Below are positions 1 to 10,153 of a stretch of 50,382 bases of DNA, piece after piece (within the stretch, counting starts at the first letter, position 1; each line of letters starts with the position of its first letter). The translations under genes were made by a program, and so were the position numbers. The stretch covers positions 1 to 50,382 of the forward strand of contig CADAPR010000002.1 of the NCBI GenBank assembly GCA_902789785.1, read 5' to 3'. The notes beneath the pieces were generated by a model, which had not been told where the DNA came from, made no database searches, and was given only the letters and a program-made list of their open reading frames with translations. Origin of the DNA: an uncultured Lachnospiraceae bacterium (lineage in GTDB: Bacteria; Bacillota; Clostridia; Lachnospirales; Lachnospiraceae).

Positions 1-678
1 GAAAGGTGATTCAAACTCGACCACTGAATGAGAGTTATCTATTACAGTCGAATAAGGGTCAAACTTAGTGCTGACAGCTCCGCCCTTAGTACAGATTTCG
101 TACATGTATTCAACTCCTACAGAGAGTTCGGGAATGAAAAGACTATATATGCCTGTTGCTTCATCGAACATCATAGGATGAGCATGACCGTCCCAATTAT
201 TGAAATCACCGATTACCGATGCTCTTATGGCATTGGGGGCCCATACTCTGAATACGATACCTTTTACACCATCTATTTCAAACTCGTGGCTTCCCATATA
301 TCTGTATGCGTCATAGCTTGTACCCTTGTTCCATGCGATCGCATCTTCTTTGGAAAGCTTAACGTCATAAACATATGGATCATGGATCTCTGCAGTTGAG
401 CCGTCTTTATATACTACTTTGTATATATAATCTCTTCTTTCTTTTCCGACAATAGCGATTGCAAAGAATCCGGCTTCATCAGCCAGTTCCATAGGGTATT
501 TTTTCTTATCATCAGAAATACAGAGAGTCACAGATTCAGCTGTAGGCATAAAAGTCTGATACAATGTATATGTAGAAACATTATGTCTTCCCAGTATTGT
601 CTGCGGATTTCCTTCTTCACCGTATACGACTGCTTCTATTTGAGGCCAGCTCATCATCTTATACAGTTTATCTTTCAT
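1..678 (-). CDS. glgB: 1,4-alpha-glucan branching enzyme-like protein (GH13/CBM48), N-terminal part; runs off the window start
   Basis: Not in the ORF track; translated by hand from ATG at 678 (RBS AAGGAGAAGGA): MKDKLYKMMSWPQIEAVVYGEE...HDPY...FRVWAPNAIRASVIGDFNNWDG...LFIP...DPYS, typical of GlgB N-terminal/CBM48. Catalytic domain lies outside the window. Confidence 0.8.
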   Translation of the reverse strand, partial: MKDKLYKMMSWPQIEAVVYGEEGNPQTILGRHNVSTYTLYQTFMPTAESVTLCISDDKKKYPMELADEAGFFAIAIVGKERRDYIYKVVYKDGSTAEIHDPYVYDVKLSKEDAIAWNKGTSYDAYRYMGSHEFEIDGVKGIVFRVWAPNAIRASVIGDFNNWDGHAHPMMFDEATGIYSLFIPELSVGVEYMYEICTKGGAVSTKFDPYSTVIDNSHSVVEFESPF

Positions 679-709
679 ATCCTTCTCCTTCGTTTGTTCC
701 ACCTGTTTA

Positions 710-1942
710 TTATGATATATCATGTAAGAAAAGACCGCTTCTGAGCTTAGGCTCAAACCATGTGGATTTTGGTGGCATGAGTCTGCCTTCATTCGCAACA
801 GCGAACAACTCGGAAATGCTTGTGGGATACATTGCAAATGCAACCTCGCAATCCTCATTACATCTTCTTACCAGCTCATCAAGACCACGTATACCTCCAA
901 CAAAATCTATTCTTGAATCGGTTTTAGGATCTTTTATTCCCCAGATGCCATCAAGTATGTATGTCTGCAAAAAGGCTACATCGAGGCCGTCAACGGCATC
1001 ATCGCTCGTATACTCTTTCTTAAACGTGAGTTTATACCATGTGTCATCCATGAACATTGATACTTCACCCTTTTTCGTGGGTTTAAACTGTTCATTCATT
1101 TTCTCGATATCACAGTATTTACCGATCATTTCCAACAATTCATCGCTGCTCTTATCGGCTTTATCTTTAAGAACACGATTGTAGTCCATGATTTCGAGCT
1201 GATTATCAGGGAACAGTACAGACATAAAATAATCTGATTCGCTATTGCCGTCTGATAATCCTTCTTCCCTGCGCTTAAGCCCAACTTTTACTGCTGAGGC
1301 ACATCTATGATGACCGTCAGCGATATATATGGCATCCATTCTGTAGAAGCAATCTCTGATAAATGCTATATCGTCATCTATATCGATCACCCATACTCTG
1401 TGTGTTACTTCATCATCGCTTGTAAAATCGTAAACTGGATCATTTTTCAGACACTTTTCGATAAATGCATCAATAGAATCATTTGAGCAGAATGACAAAA
1501 AGATCGGACCTGTCTGAAAGCCTGTACGATCGATATGATTTATCCTGTCCTGTTCCTTGGCTGCAAGAGTGTTCTCGTGTTTTTTGATTATCTGGTTCTG
1601 ATAATCATCTATAGAGGCGCATCCTACGATACCTGTCTGTTTACGACCTCTCCACTCTTCCTGATAAAGGTAGTAGCATTCCTTTTCATCCTGAATGAAT
1701 CTTCCCTTTTTGATCCAGTCAATGATCATCTCTCGTGCTTTATCATAGACTTTGTTGTCATATGTCGAAACATCATCGGAAAACTGTGTTTCAGCTCTGT
1801 CAATCGCAAGAAAGCTGAGGCGATTATTCTCAACAACAGTCTTAGCTTCTGCTCTGTTATAAACATCATAGGGAAGAGCCGCAATCTTATCTTCAAGCCC
1901 CTTTGCGGGTCTGTATGCTCTAAAAGGTTTAATGTTTGCCAT
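710..1942 (-). CDS. DUF1015 family protein (ParB/Srx-like fold)
   Basis: 410 aa; MANIKPFRAYRP..ALPYDV, KKHENT, IYIADGHHR and C-terminal MPPKSTWFEPKLRSGL are characteristic of the family. Confidence 0.85.
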   Translation of the reverse strand: MANIKPFRAYRPAKGLEDKIAALPYDVYNRAEAKTVVENNRLSFLAIDRAETQFSDDVSTYDNKVYDKAREMIIDWIKKGRFIQDEKECYYLYQEEWRGRKQTGIVGCASIDDYQNQIIKKHENTLAAKEQDRINHIDRTGFQTGPIFLSFCSNDSIDAFIEKCLKNDPVYDFTSDDEVTHRVWVIDIDDDIAFIRDCFYRMDAIYIADGHHRCASAVKVGLKRREEGLSDGNSESDYFMSVLFPDNQLEIMDYNRVLKDKADKSSDELLEMIGKYCDIEKMNEQFKPTKKGEVSMFMDDTWYKLTFKKEYTSDDAVDGLDVAFLQTYILDGIWGIKDPKTDSRIDFVGGIRGLDELVRRCNEDCEVAFAMYPTSISELFAVANEGRLMPPKSTWFEPKLRSGLFLHDIS

Positions 1943-1957
1943 AGTATACTCCCATCA

Positions 1958-2230
1958 TTAGTAATTTGGCATCTTCGGCTGTGCAAAGGCGCCTTCAAAA
2001 TCGCTGTTCATCTTATTCTCATATGAAACCGCTCTTTCTGTTGCGAGATCCATATATTTTATAAATGTATCCTCGACAGACATCTTATGTTTCATGGCGA
2101 GTTCCTGTATTATAGGTCTCAGTTTCTGAAGCTGTTCGGAAATCTGCACTTTCTGAGGATCGATATCAGGCATTACCTTATCCGCATAATCCTGAATGGT
2201 ATTCAAAAATTCAATATCTTCTGCTGTCAT
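1958..2230 (-). CDS. Small hypothetical protein (~90 aa)
   Basis: ATG at 2230 preceded by GGAGGT; extended -10 TGGTATAAT at 2257-2265. Confidence 0.7.
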   Translation of the reverse strand: MTAEDIEFLNTIQDYADKVMPDIDPQKVQISEQLQKLRPIIQELAMKHKMSVEDTFIKYMDLATERAVSYENKMNSDFEGAFAQPKMPNY

Positions 2231-2298
2231 ATTTATACCTCCAAAAAACAAGTCTAATTATACCATACCTCACTTGATTTGTAATCGAGTAAACAAAA

Positions 2299-2351
2299 AT
2301 ATACTCCCAAAAACTGAAAAGCCTATGCTTTTAACAGTCTTGGGAGTATAT
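2299..2351 (-). terminator. Long hairpin, likely intrinsic terminator of the MCP gene
   Basis: ATATACTCCCAA/TTGGGAGTATAT outer arms, inner ACTG/CAGT and AAAAGC/GCTTTT pairing, T-rich tail on the minus strand. Confidence 0.75.
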
Positions 2352-2363
2352 GGTGGATCATTC

Positions 2364-4505
2364 TTAACTGAAACGTTCTATGATATCGTTTATCTCTTTT
2401 GCATTAGCACTGTTTTCTTCAGATACCTTCATTATCTTGTCAGCTATATCTGTTGTCATTTCATTCTTCCTGATGATATCATTTACGCCGTTTTCATTTT
2501 CACATGAAGCATTGCTTACGTAATCAACCTGCTCTTTTATCTTATCCATTGATATTTCGAATTCATTTGAGGAATCGGCGATTGATTCGATCGAATCCTT
2601 GATGCTTCTCATATCTGTTCCATAGCTTCTAGCCATATCTGTAAATTCCTGGAATTGTTTTGTAACATCATTTTCCATGAAATCAATGATATCCTTGAAG
2701 CAGTTTTTAACGCTTTCAATGCTCTTATTAGATTCAACACAGATATCCTGGATCTGGGTCGCAGTATTTGATGAATCAGCTGCAAGAGAGCCAATCTCAC
2801 TTGCTACTACAGCAAATCCTCTTCCCATTTCGCCTGCTCTGGCCGCCTCGATCGAAGCGTTCAAAGACAGCAGGTTTGTCTGGCTTGTGATATCGAGAAT
2901 CTTAGATGCCATCTCATCGATCTTTGAAAGAGTTGAAAGTGCGTCGATAGCATCTTCAATATTTTTCTTAGTTGTCTCGATTTTTGCTATGCTACTTTGA
3001 AGTTTCTCTTCGGATTTTGCCGACATTTCAGTACTTGTTTTGATCATTGAAGAACTCTTGTCAGAGCCATCCTTAACCTTTTGTGAAATATCATCAACAA
3101 GTACGCTCATTCTAACCATTTCATCACAAACAGTTTCAATCGCACCATTTGTATTCGTGATACTTGCAGATAACTCTTGTGTTGTAGCAGCGTTATCTGC
3201 AATGGAGTCATGAAGGGCATGGAATGTTTCTGTCATTTCATCTGTATTTCTTGAAAGTGAATCAGTACAGTCCTTAAGAGTGCCTATTATGCCTCTGAAT
3301 GTACCGGAAAGAGAATCAACTTCAGAAGCTATAACACCAACTTCACTTCCGCCTCCTACATATGGCCTAATATTTGAATCTTCTGCAAGATTAAGCCTAC
3401 CGAGCTTTTTAATAGAGTCTGTTATTTTAATAAGAGGTTTTGTAGAATAAGTTACAGCAAGGTACGAAAGAATGATAATTAATGCGAATGCTGCAATACT
3501 AAGTATCAAAAGTGTAGTTCTGTTTTTGCTTGATGCTGCATACAATTCGCCCTTATCGGCTGAAACTATTACTGCCCAATCACGCCCCTCTATTAGTTTA
3601 TAGCTGACTATAGAGACTTTTCCTGTTTCAGGATCTTTAAATTCAAACTGATCACTGGCAGCACCGGCGTTAGCCCTGTTAATAACTTCAAGAAGCAAGG
3701 GCTTTGTTGTTTCTTTTGCTATATACTCTTCCTCTTCTTCTTGTGAAAGCTCCGTATCGGTGAAAACAACACTTGTTGATGTATTGATCATATAGAAATT
3801 GGAATTTTCAACACCACTTAGCTTAAAACTTGTAAGAAGATCTTCAAGATCATAATGGAAAACACCAGCACCTGCATAACCAACCATTTCGCCGTCTTTA
3901 TAAACGGGAGTATACATTGACAAGCAGAGTTTTCCGGTTCCGGGAGAAACAATGATACCGGCATTATAAACGCCTTCGGGATTAGCTTTCATTGCATCCA
4001 TAAGTTGTTGAACCTTTTCAGGATCCGGACGAAGAACTTTTCCTATTACCGGAGGAACGCTGTATGAAAGGATTCTGGTATCAAGATTGCCGATATATAA
4101 TCCCTCCCAATTATCGAGCGTGTTGTAGAAATCCATCGTATACTGTTGGGTTGATACATAATTGGGATAATTCTCAGTGTAATAAGCCGCCGTATTATAG
4201 GATTCGTCATTGAATTCCGGCAGAGCTCTACCGGGATTAGCGGAAGCATCAGCTCTATCATCCATAATCAGATCAAGAACCTGTTTACTCTTTGAGTATA
4301 ACAGTAGCTTTTGCTCGGATTGTTCAACAAATTCTTCAACTGAGCTGGCCTGTGCATCCAGATATGTTGACATGTTCTCGTTGATCTTATCTTTCAGTAT
4401 CTTGTTTGAATTGATCAAAGCAAGAGAACACAAAAGAATGATACCGATTGCTGTAGAAATCGCAACAATTGATATTACCGCAGTTTTCATTTTAAGATTT
4501 TTCAC
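2364..4505 (-). CDS. Methyl-accepting chemotaxis protein with extracellular dCache-type sensor
   Basis: 713 aa, GTG start; two TM helices; signalling hairpin [31 protein letters not shown]. Confidence 0.93.
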   Translation of the reverse strand: MKNLKMKTAVISIVAISTAIGIILLCSLALINSNKILKDKINENMSTYLDAQASSVEEFVEQSEQKLLLYSKSKQVLDLIMDDRADASANPGRALPEFNDESYNTAAYYTENYPNYVSTQQYTMDFYNTLDNWEGLYIGNLDTRILSYSVPPVIGKVLRPDPEKVQQLMDAMKANPEGVYNAGIIVSPGTGKLCLSMYTPVYKDGEMVGYAGAGVFHYDLEDLLTSFKLSGVENSNFYMINTSTSVVFTDTELSQEEEEEYIAKETTKPLLLEVINRANAGAASDQFEFKDPETGKVSIVSYKLIEGRDWAVIVSADKGELYAASSKNRTTLLILSIAAFALIIILSYLAVTYSTKPLIKITDSIKKLGRLNLAEDSNIRPYVGGGSEVGVIASEVDSLSGTFRGIIGTLKDCTDSLSRNTDEMTETFHALHDSIADNAATTQELSASITNTNGAIETVCDEMVRMSVLVDDISQKVKDGSDKSSSMIKTSTEMSAKSEEKLQSSIAKIETTKKNIEDAIDALSTLSKIDEMASKILDITSQTNLLSLNASIEAARAGEMGRGFAVVASEIGSLAADSSNTATQIQDICVESNKSIESVKNCFKDIIDFMENDVTKQFQEFTDMARSYGTDMRSIKDSIESIADSSNEFEISMDKIKEQVDYVSNASCENENGVNDIIRKNEMTTDIADKIMKVSEENSANAKEINDIIERFS

Positions 4506-4645
4506 TTCTGATACCCCTTTCAGAATTCCTGATTATTGATTATGGAACTCTATTAGATGTATCTTACACCTATATCCGTAACAAATCTTTTGAATAGAAT
4601 ATATCAAAATCGCATAACCCCCCAATATGATTTATAATAATCAAA

Positions 4646-4675
4646 AAGCCATTCTTTCAAGAAAAAGAATGGCTT
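4646..4675 (-). terminator. Intrinsic terminator after serA
   Basis: 12-bp perfect stem AAGCCATTCTTT/AAAGAATGGCTT followed by a T-run on the minus strand. Confidence 0.85.
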
Positions 4676-4703
4676 AAGTGATCATGTATTGTGAATGAAA
4701 TAA

Positions 4704-5801
4704 TTATTTTACAACACGAACTCTGTACACACCGTCAATAGCTTTAAGTGCATTAATGATCTCATCTGTAGCAGGGCTCTCGATATCAAGCATGGTGTAT
4801 GCAAAATCGCCCTTAGACTTGTTTGTCATATCAGATATATTGATCTTGTTGTCACCGAATACTTTAGTAAAGCTAGCAATCATATTTGCGATATTCTTAT
4901 GGAATACAGCAACTCTTCCTGCCTTGGTGCAGATTCCCATGTCGCATCTTGGGTAATTAACAGAGTTAGACTCCTCAGTTGAAGCTCCAAGGTGAGGTAT
5001 TACAATACAGCCATCCTGACCAGCAGTTGTAGCATTCGGAAAATCAGAAACGTACTTGCGTACCTTTCCTGCTTTGATGCCCTCAATAACATCAGCTTCA
5101 TTGCAAAGAAGATCACGAGCAAAGTTAAGGATTATAACACCGTCTTTCATCTTTTCGATAGCTTCTTTGTTTATCATGCCTTTGGTGCTGTCAAGAAGCG
5201 GAACATGTATTGTTATGTAGTCACATTCAGCGTAGATATCATCTACATTAACTACATGCTTTACTGCACGGCTTAAGTTCCATGCCTGATCTACTGAAAG
5301 ATAAGGATCGTAGCCAAGTACAGTCATACCGAGATTTGTAGCTGCGTTAGCAACCTTTATACCGATTGCGCCAAGTCCAATAATACCGAGTTTCTTTCCC
5401 TGGATCTCAGTTCCAGCGAAAGCCTTTTTAGCCTTTTCAGCAGCTTTACCGATTTCTGCATCACCTGCATTGTTCTTTACCCACTCGATACCACCGGTGA
5501 TATCGCGGCTTGCAAGTAGCATGCCTGCAAAAACAAGCTCTTTAACACCGTTTGCGTTTGCGCCGGGAGTATTGAACACTACAATACCTTTTTCTGCACA
5601 TTTATCAAGAGGAATATTGTTTACTCCGGCACCGGCTCTAGCTACACAAAGAAGCTTATCTGAAAGCTCCATCTCATGCATGCTTGCTGAACGTACAAGA
5701 ATACCCTCTGCTTCGTTTACATCTTCTGTTTTTTCATAGTTGCTGTCAAAATTCTCGAGTCCGACGGCAGCTATCGGATTAAGGCAATTATACTTAAACA
5801 T
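4704..5801 (-). CDS. serA: D-3-phosphoglycerate dehydrogenase with C-terminal ACT domain (apparent internal deletion)
   Basis: RAGAGVNNI, NTPGANAN, GLGAIG, NFAR, PHLGAST, ACT (HKNIANMI); adjacent to serC. Confidence 0.92.
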   Translation of the reverse strand: MFKYNCLNPIAAVGLENFDSNYEKTEDVNEAEGILVRSASMHEMELSDKLLCVARAGAGVNNIPLDKCAEKGIVVFNTPGANANGVKELVFAGMLLASRDITGGIEWVKNNAGDAEIGKAAEKAKKAFAGTEIQGKKLGIIGLGAIGIKVANAATNLGMTVLGYDPYLSVDQAWNLSRAVKHVVNVDDIYAECDYITIHVPLLDSTKGMINKEAIEKMKDGVIILNFARDLLCNEADVIEGIKAGKVRKYVSDFPNATTAGQDGCIVIPHLGASTEESNSVNYPRCDMGICTKAGRVAVFHKNIANMIASFTKVFGDNKINISDMTNKSKGDFAYTMLDIESPATDEIINALKAIDGVYRVRVVK

Positions 5802-5811
5802 TTCTTACTCC

Positions 5812-6894
5812 TTATTTATTTTCTGCTTCAAACTTCTTCATGAACTCAACAAGAGCCTTGACACCTTCGATAGGCATAGCGTTGTAGATTGATGCTCTCA
5901 TACCTCCAACACTTCTGTGCCCTTTAAGGTTCTCAAAGCCCGCAGCCTTAGCTTCGGCTACGAATTTTGCATCAAGTTCTTCGTTTCCTGTAACGAAAGG
6001 AACATTCATAAGTGAACGATCTTCTTTAACAACGGTTCCTTTAAACAGTTCACTGCTGTCAAGGAAATCATAAAGGATTTTTGCCTTCTGCTCGTTAAGC
6101 TCTTTCATCTTTTCAAGTCCGCCCATTTTCTTGAGCCACTTGAATACCTTGCCACAGATATAGATCGTATAGCAAGGAGGAGTATTGTAAAGAGAATCAG
6201 CATCTGCCTGAGTCTTCCACTTAAGCATCGTAGGTGTTCCGGGCAGAACATCATCTGTTATAAGGTCTTCTCTGATGATCGCAATAACACAGCCTGCAGG
6301 TCCAACGTTCTTCTGGACGCCGCCATAGATTACAGCATATTTTGAAACATCAACAGGTTCTGATAAGAAGCATGAAGATACATCGGATACAAGATCCTTG
6401 CCTTTTGTGTTGGGAAGTGTTTTAAATTTTGTACCATAAATAGTATTGTTTTCACAAATATAAACATAATCCATATCGTCTGTGATAGGAAGATCAGAAC
6501 AATCAGGAATATATGAGAATGTCTTGTCTGCACTAGATGCAAGTTCTACAGCTTCGCCGTAAATCTTTGCTTCCTGATATGCTTTCTTTGCCCACTGGCC
6601 AGTTACAATGTAGCCTGCCTTTTTGTTCTTCATCATGTTCATAGGAACTTCAGCGAAAAACTGGCTGGCACCACCCTGAAGGAACAAAACCTTATAGTTA
6701 TCAGGGATATTCATTAACTCTCTTAAATCAGCTTCTGCTTCCTTGATTATATTGTCATAAACTTTGGAACGGTGGCTCATCTCCATAACGGACATGCCGC
6801 TTCCCCTGTAATCCATCATTTCTTCTGCAGCTTCTTTTAATACTTCTTCAGGTAAAACTGCGGGACCTGCGGAAAAGTTATATACTCTTGCCAC
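5812..6894 (-). CDS. serC: Phosphoserine aminotransferase
   Basis: NFSAGPAVLP, EMSHRS, GGAS, PLP lysine in QKNVGPAG, GHRSVGGMRASIYN. Confidence 0.97.
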   Translation of the reverse strand: MARVYNFSAGPAVLPEEVLKEAAEEMMDYRGSGMSVMEMSHRSKVYDNIIKEAEADLRELMNIPDNYKVLFLQGGASQFFAEVPMNMMKNKKAGYIVTGQWAKKAYQEAKIYGEAVELASSADKTFSYIPDCSDLPITDDMDYVYICENNTIYGTKFKTLPNTKGKDLVSDVSSCFLSEPVDVSKYAVIYGGVQKNVGPAGCVIAIIREDLITDDVLPGTPTMLKWKTQADADSLYNTPPCYTIYICGKVFKWLKKMGGLEKMKELNEQKAKILYDFLDSSELFKGTVVKEDRSLMNVPFVTGNEELDAKFVAEAKAAGFENLKGHRSVGGMRASIYNAMPIEGVKALVEFMKKFEAENK

Positions 6895-6957
6895 TTTTTT
6901 TTCCTCCTATGAAAATCATTTATAAGTTGCGATTCATGTAGAATTCACACTTGCATT

Positions 6958-6986
6958 ATTTTACAATCATAAATACGTATCGTCAA
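6958..6986 (-). promoter_or_regulatory. Sigma-A promoter of serC-serA
   Basis: TTGACG-N17-TAAAAT. Confidence 0.75.
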
Positions 6987-7002
6987 GGCGCAATTATTAC
7001 AA

Positions 7003-8448
7003 TCATTTTTCTTCTACGCCATTCTTTTCTATTGAATATACAATAACAGGGGTACCAATCTCTACTTTGTCATAGATTTTCTTCATAGCTTCAGCAGGAG
7101 TATTGATACAGCCGTGCGAACCGTTGTATTTGTATTCATCCCCGCCATACACGCTTCTCCATGATGCATCATGTATGCCAATAGCCCCCTGAATAGCAAC
7201 CCAGTATTTTACAAAACTGTGCCATGTTGGCCCTGTAAGCCATTTGTTTGGTATCTTTGTATATACGTAAACTACTCTGGGATCGGTTCCACCATGTGCA
7301 TAACTACCGCTTGTAATGGGAGTTTCTACGTATATTTCACCGTCAACGTAATACCACATATACTGTTCATCAAGGCTGACTTCTATAAAAGTATCACCAA
7401 AATCATTCTTTTCTCTGTGTTTGGCTTCTATGATATAAACGGGGGTACGAGTTGCGTAGTCGAGACCGCTGTTAACAAATTCCTTAAACCAGTTTTCCTC
7501 TCTTTTTATATCAAGTTTATTTCCGTAGTTGCCTTTTGTCACATGAACAAGAGCACCATTATGGCCTCTGAAATATCTGTTATTGTATGTATTATATTCA
7601 TCAAGAAATTCATCTATGAAATCAATTGCCTTGTTTTCATCTATCGTATAACTGATATTTTCTGAACCTATCATATCTGGATTTATCCTTGTTATGAGAT
7701 CGCTTCCCGTATTCATAAGTTCTGCCCATTCGCGTTTTGATATCCTTTTGCTCTCCTTGCCAAAGACGTATGTAACAAGCCTTCTCTGATGCAATTCGAG
7801 TTCGTTATAGTAATCTATAAGTTTCTTTTCTGCAACGCTGTATTCCTGCCTATCATAATAACTATCATCTATAATTACTATATCTTCACCTGCTTTTATC
7901 GATTCTAGAAAATATGTTTTTACTTTATCGACATTTAAAACTGGTTTCTTCCCATCAATAAGCTCGTAACCATTTTCTGTTAGTTCTATATAGACATCAT
8001 TAAGGGAAGGTTTTTCTTCTTTGAGATCAAGTGAATCAAAAAAAGAATCAAATCCTTCCTCGTTTACAGTGACAATAGGGACTATTATTTGCTCTTTTTT
8101 TTCTTTACCGAGCTGTTTAAACCATAAATATGGATTCTGATCGTTAAGTATCTGTATAAGAGGAGTACGATAATCGGTTTCATATCCGATCACTGACATA
8201 TCAGCAATATATGATCTGTCATTTATGGTCATTACTGTATCTTTGGGCCTGTAATCTTTGGAAATGAGATCTAGAACTTCGTCAACACTCAGTCCTGTAC
8301 AATAGATTCCATTGATGTATGTTCCAAAAAGAAAGCATTTCTGATCCGAATAATTATGCGCATAATAATATGCCGGGCCTAAATACATTAAGCCCAGCAT
8401 TATTATTGCACTCAATATGAAGATGATCAGTTTCTGGCTCTTCTTCAT
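7003..8448 (-). CDS. L,D-transpeptidase (YkuD domain) with N-terminal TM and peptidoglycan-binding region
   Basis: N-terminal TM; catalytic motif IGIHDA...GSHGCIN. Confidence 0.9.
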   Translation of the reverse strand: MKKSQKLIIFILSAIIMLGLMYLGPAYYYAHNYSDQKCFLFGTYINGIYCTGLSVDEVLDLISKDYRPKDTVMTINDRSYIADMSVIGYETDYRTPLIQILNDQNPYLWFKQLGKEKKEQIIVPIVTVNEEGFDSFFDSLDLKEEKPSLNDVYIELTENGYELIDGKKPVLNVDKVKTYFLESIKAGEDIVIIDDSYYDRQEYSVAEKKLIDYYNELELHQRRLVTYVFGKESKRISKREWAELMNTGSDLITRINPDMIGSENISYTIDENKAIDFIDEFLDEYNTYNNRYFRGHNGALVHVTKGNYGNKLDIKREENWFKEFVNSGLDYATRTPVYIIEAKHREKNDFGDTFIEVSLDEQYMWYYVDGEIYVETPITSGSYAHGGTDPRVVYVYTKIPNKWLTGPTWHSFVKYWVAIQGAIGIHDASWRSVYGGDEYKYNGSHGCINTPAEAMKKIYDKVEIGTPVIVYSIEKNGVEEK

Positions 8449-8452
8449 AATT

Positions 8453-10132
8453 TTAGTTTTTCTTTGCTATTAAATCCTTTTCATCAAAAGCATCAGATAT
8501 CGGAGCACCGGCAGGCACCATAGGAAATACGCTCTCGTCCTTTTCGATAATGCAGTTAAGTACAACCGGCTTTTTGAGCTTAAGAGCTTTTTCAATAGCA
8601 GGCAGAACTTCTTCTTTTTTCGTTACAAGTATAGCTTCACAACCAAGTCCCTCTGCTACCTTGCAAAAGTCAACCTTATCCTCAAGTACAGTATTTGAGT
8701 ATCTCTTATCATAGAAAAGTGTCTGCCACTGCCTTACCATTCCAAGAACGTGATTATTGATCACGACCTGAATAATAGGTATGTTGTATCTGCTGGCAGT
8801 TGCAAGTTCATTGAGGTTCATACGGAAGCAACCGTCACCGGCGATGTTAACGCAGATCTTATCAGGATTTCCGACTTTTGCACCGATGCATGCCCCCAGA
8901 CCATAGCCCATAGTTCCTAATCCTCCGCTTGATAAGAAGGTTCTAGGACTCGTGTAATGATAGAACTGTGCAGCCCACATCTGATGCTGACCTACATCTG
9001 TAGATATGATAGCCTTACCTTTTGTAGCCTTATCTATCTGCTCAATGATATAAGGACAGGTAAGAACATCTTTATGATATTCGAGAGGATATTTCTCCTT
9101 GAGCTCCTTGATGTGCTCCATCCATTCTTTATGATCTGCCTTTTCAAGTTTTGAAAGAACATCAGTAAGGCTTTCTTTAAGATCGCCGACTACACTTGCG
9201 GTTGTTTTGATATTCTTATCAATCTCGGCTGCATCTATATCAAATTGCAGAATCTTTGCGTTTTTAGCAAATTTCTTTGCATTACCAGTAACTCGATCGG
9301 AAAATCTTGCACCAAGTGCAATAAGCAGATCACATTCAGTTACTCCGAAATTACTAGCTTTTGTACCATGCATTCCTATCATACCGGTATATCTGTCTGA
9401 GTATGAATCAAAAGCACCCTTGCCCATAAGTGTATCGCAAACAGGTGCATCTATCATATCTGCAAATTCAGCAACTTCCTTAGTTGCTCCTGAAAGGATC
9501 GCACCGCCGCCAACGTAAATGAAAGGCTTCTTGGCTTTCTTGATGAGTTCGACAGCCTTAGCAATATCGGTATCAGTATACTTTTTAGTCCTCTGAGGAG
9601 CCTTGGGCTTTTGGGGCTTGAAATCACATATTGCAGCAGTTACATCTTTGGTGATATCAACAAGTACAGGCCCTGGACGTCCGCTCCTAGCAATATCGAA
9701 TGCTTTTCTTATTGTTTTTGCAAGTATCTTGATGTCCTTAACGATAAAGCTATGCTTGGTTATGGGCATAACAACGCCTGCAATATCAACTTCCTGGAAA
9801 GTATCCTTTCCAAGTAAGGGCAGATTTACATTTGCTGTTATCGCAACTAACGGAACTGAATCCATAAATGCGGTAGCTATACCTGTAACAAGATTTGTAG
9901 CACCAGGACCGCTTGTAGCCATGCATACTCCTACTTTTCCTGTACTCCTGGCGTAACCGTCAGCTGCATGTGCGGCTCCCTGCTCATGACTGGTAAGCAC
10001 ATGATTTATCTCGGGGTGCTTGTATAGTGCATCATAAATATTTAGTATTGTGCCACCGGGATATCCGAATACGGTATCAACACCCTGTTCTTTTAAACAT
10101 TCTATTACTATCTCTGAACCTGATAACTGCAT
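8453..10132 (-). CDS. ilvB: Acetolactate synthase large subunit
   Basis: FGYPGG, HEQGAAHAADGYAR, TSGPGATN, TDVGQHQMW, TPP motif GDG..N. Confidence 0.96.
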   Translation of the reverse strand: MQLSGSEIVIECLKEQGVDTVFGYPGGTILNIYDALYKHPEINHVLTSHEQGAAHAADGYARSTGKVGVCMATSGPGATNLVTGIATAFMDSVPLVAITANVNLPLLGKDTFQEVDIAGVVMPITKHSFIVKDIKILAKTIRKAFDIARSGRPGPVLVDITKDVTAAICDFKPQKPKAPQRTKKYTDTDIAKAVELIKKAKKPFIYVGGGAILSGATKEVAEFADMIDAPVCDTLMGKGAFDSYSDRYTGMIGMHGTKASNFGVTECDLLIALGARFSDRVTGNAKKFAKNAKILQFDIDAAEIDKNIKTTASVVGDLKESLTDVLSKLEKADHKEWMEHIKELKEKYPLEYHKDVLTCPYIIEQIDKATKGKAIISTDVGQHQMWAAQFYHYTSPRTFLSSGGLGTMGYGLGACIGAKVGNPDKICVNIAGDGCFRMNLNELATASRYNIPIIQVVINNHVLGMVRQWQTLFYDKRYSNTVLEDKVDFCKVAEGLGCEAILVTKKEEVLPAIEKALKLKKPVVLNCIIEKDESVFPMVPAGAPISDAFDEKDLIAKKN

Positions 10133-10153
10133 CTGTCTTTTCCTCTTTCTTAG

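Noticed and set aside
4570-4600. SigD/FliA promoter for the MCP (ACGGATAT)
   Set aside because: No TAAA-like -35 at 15-16 bp spacing
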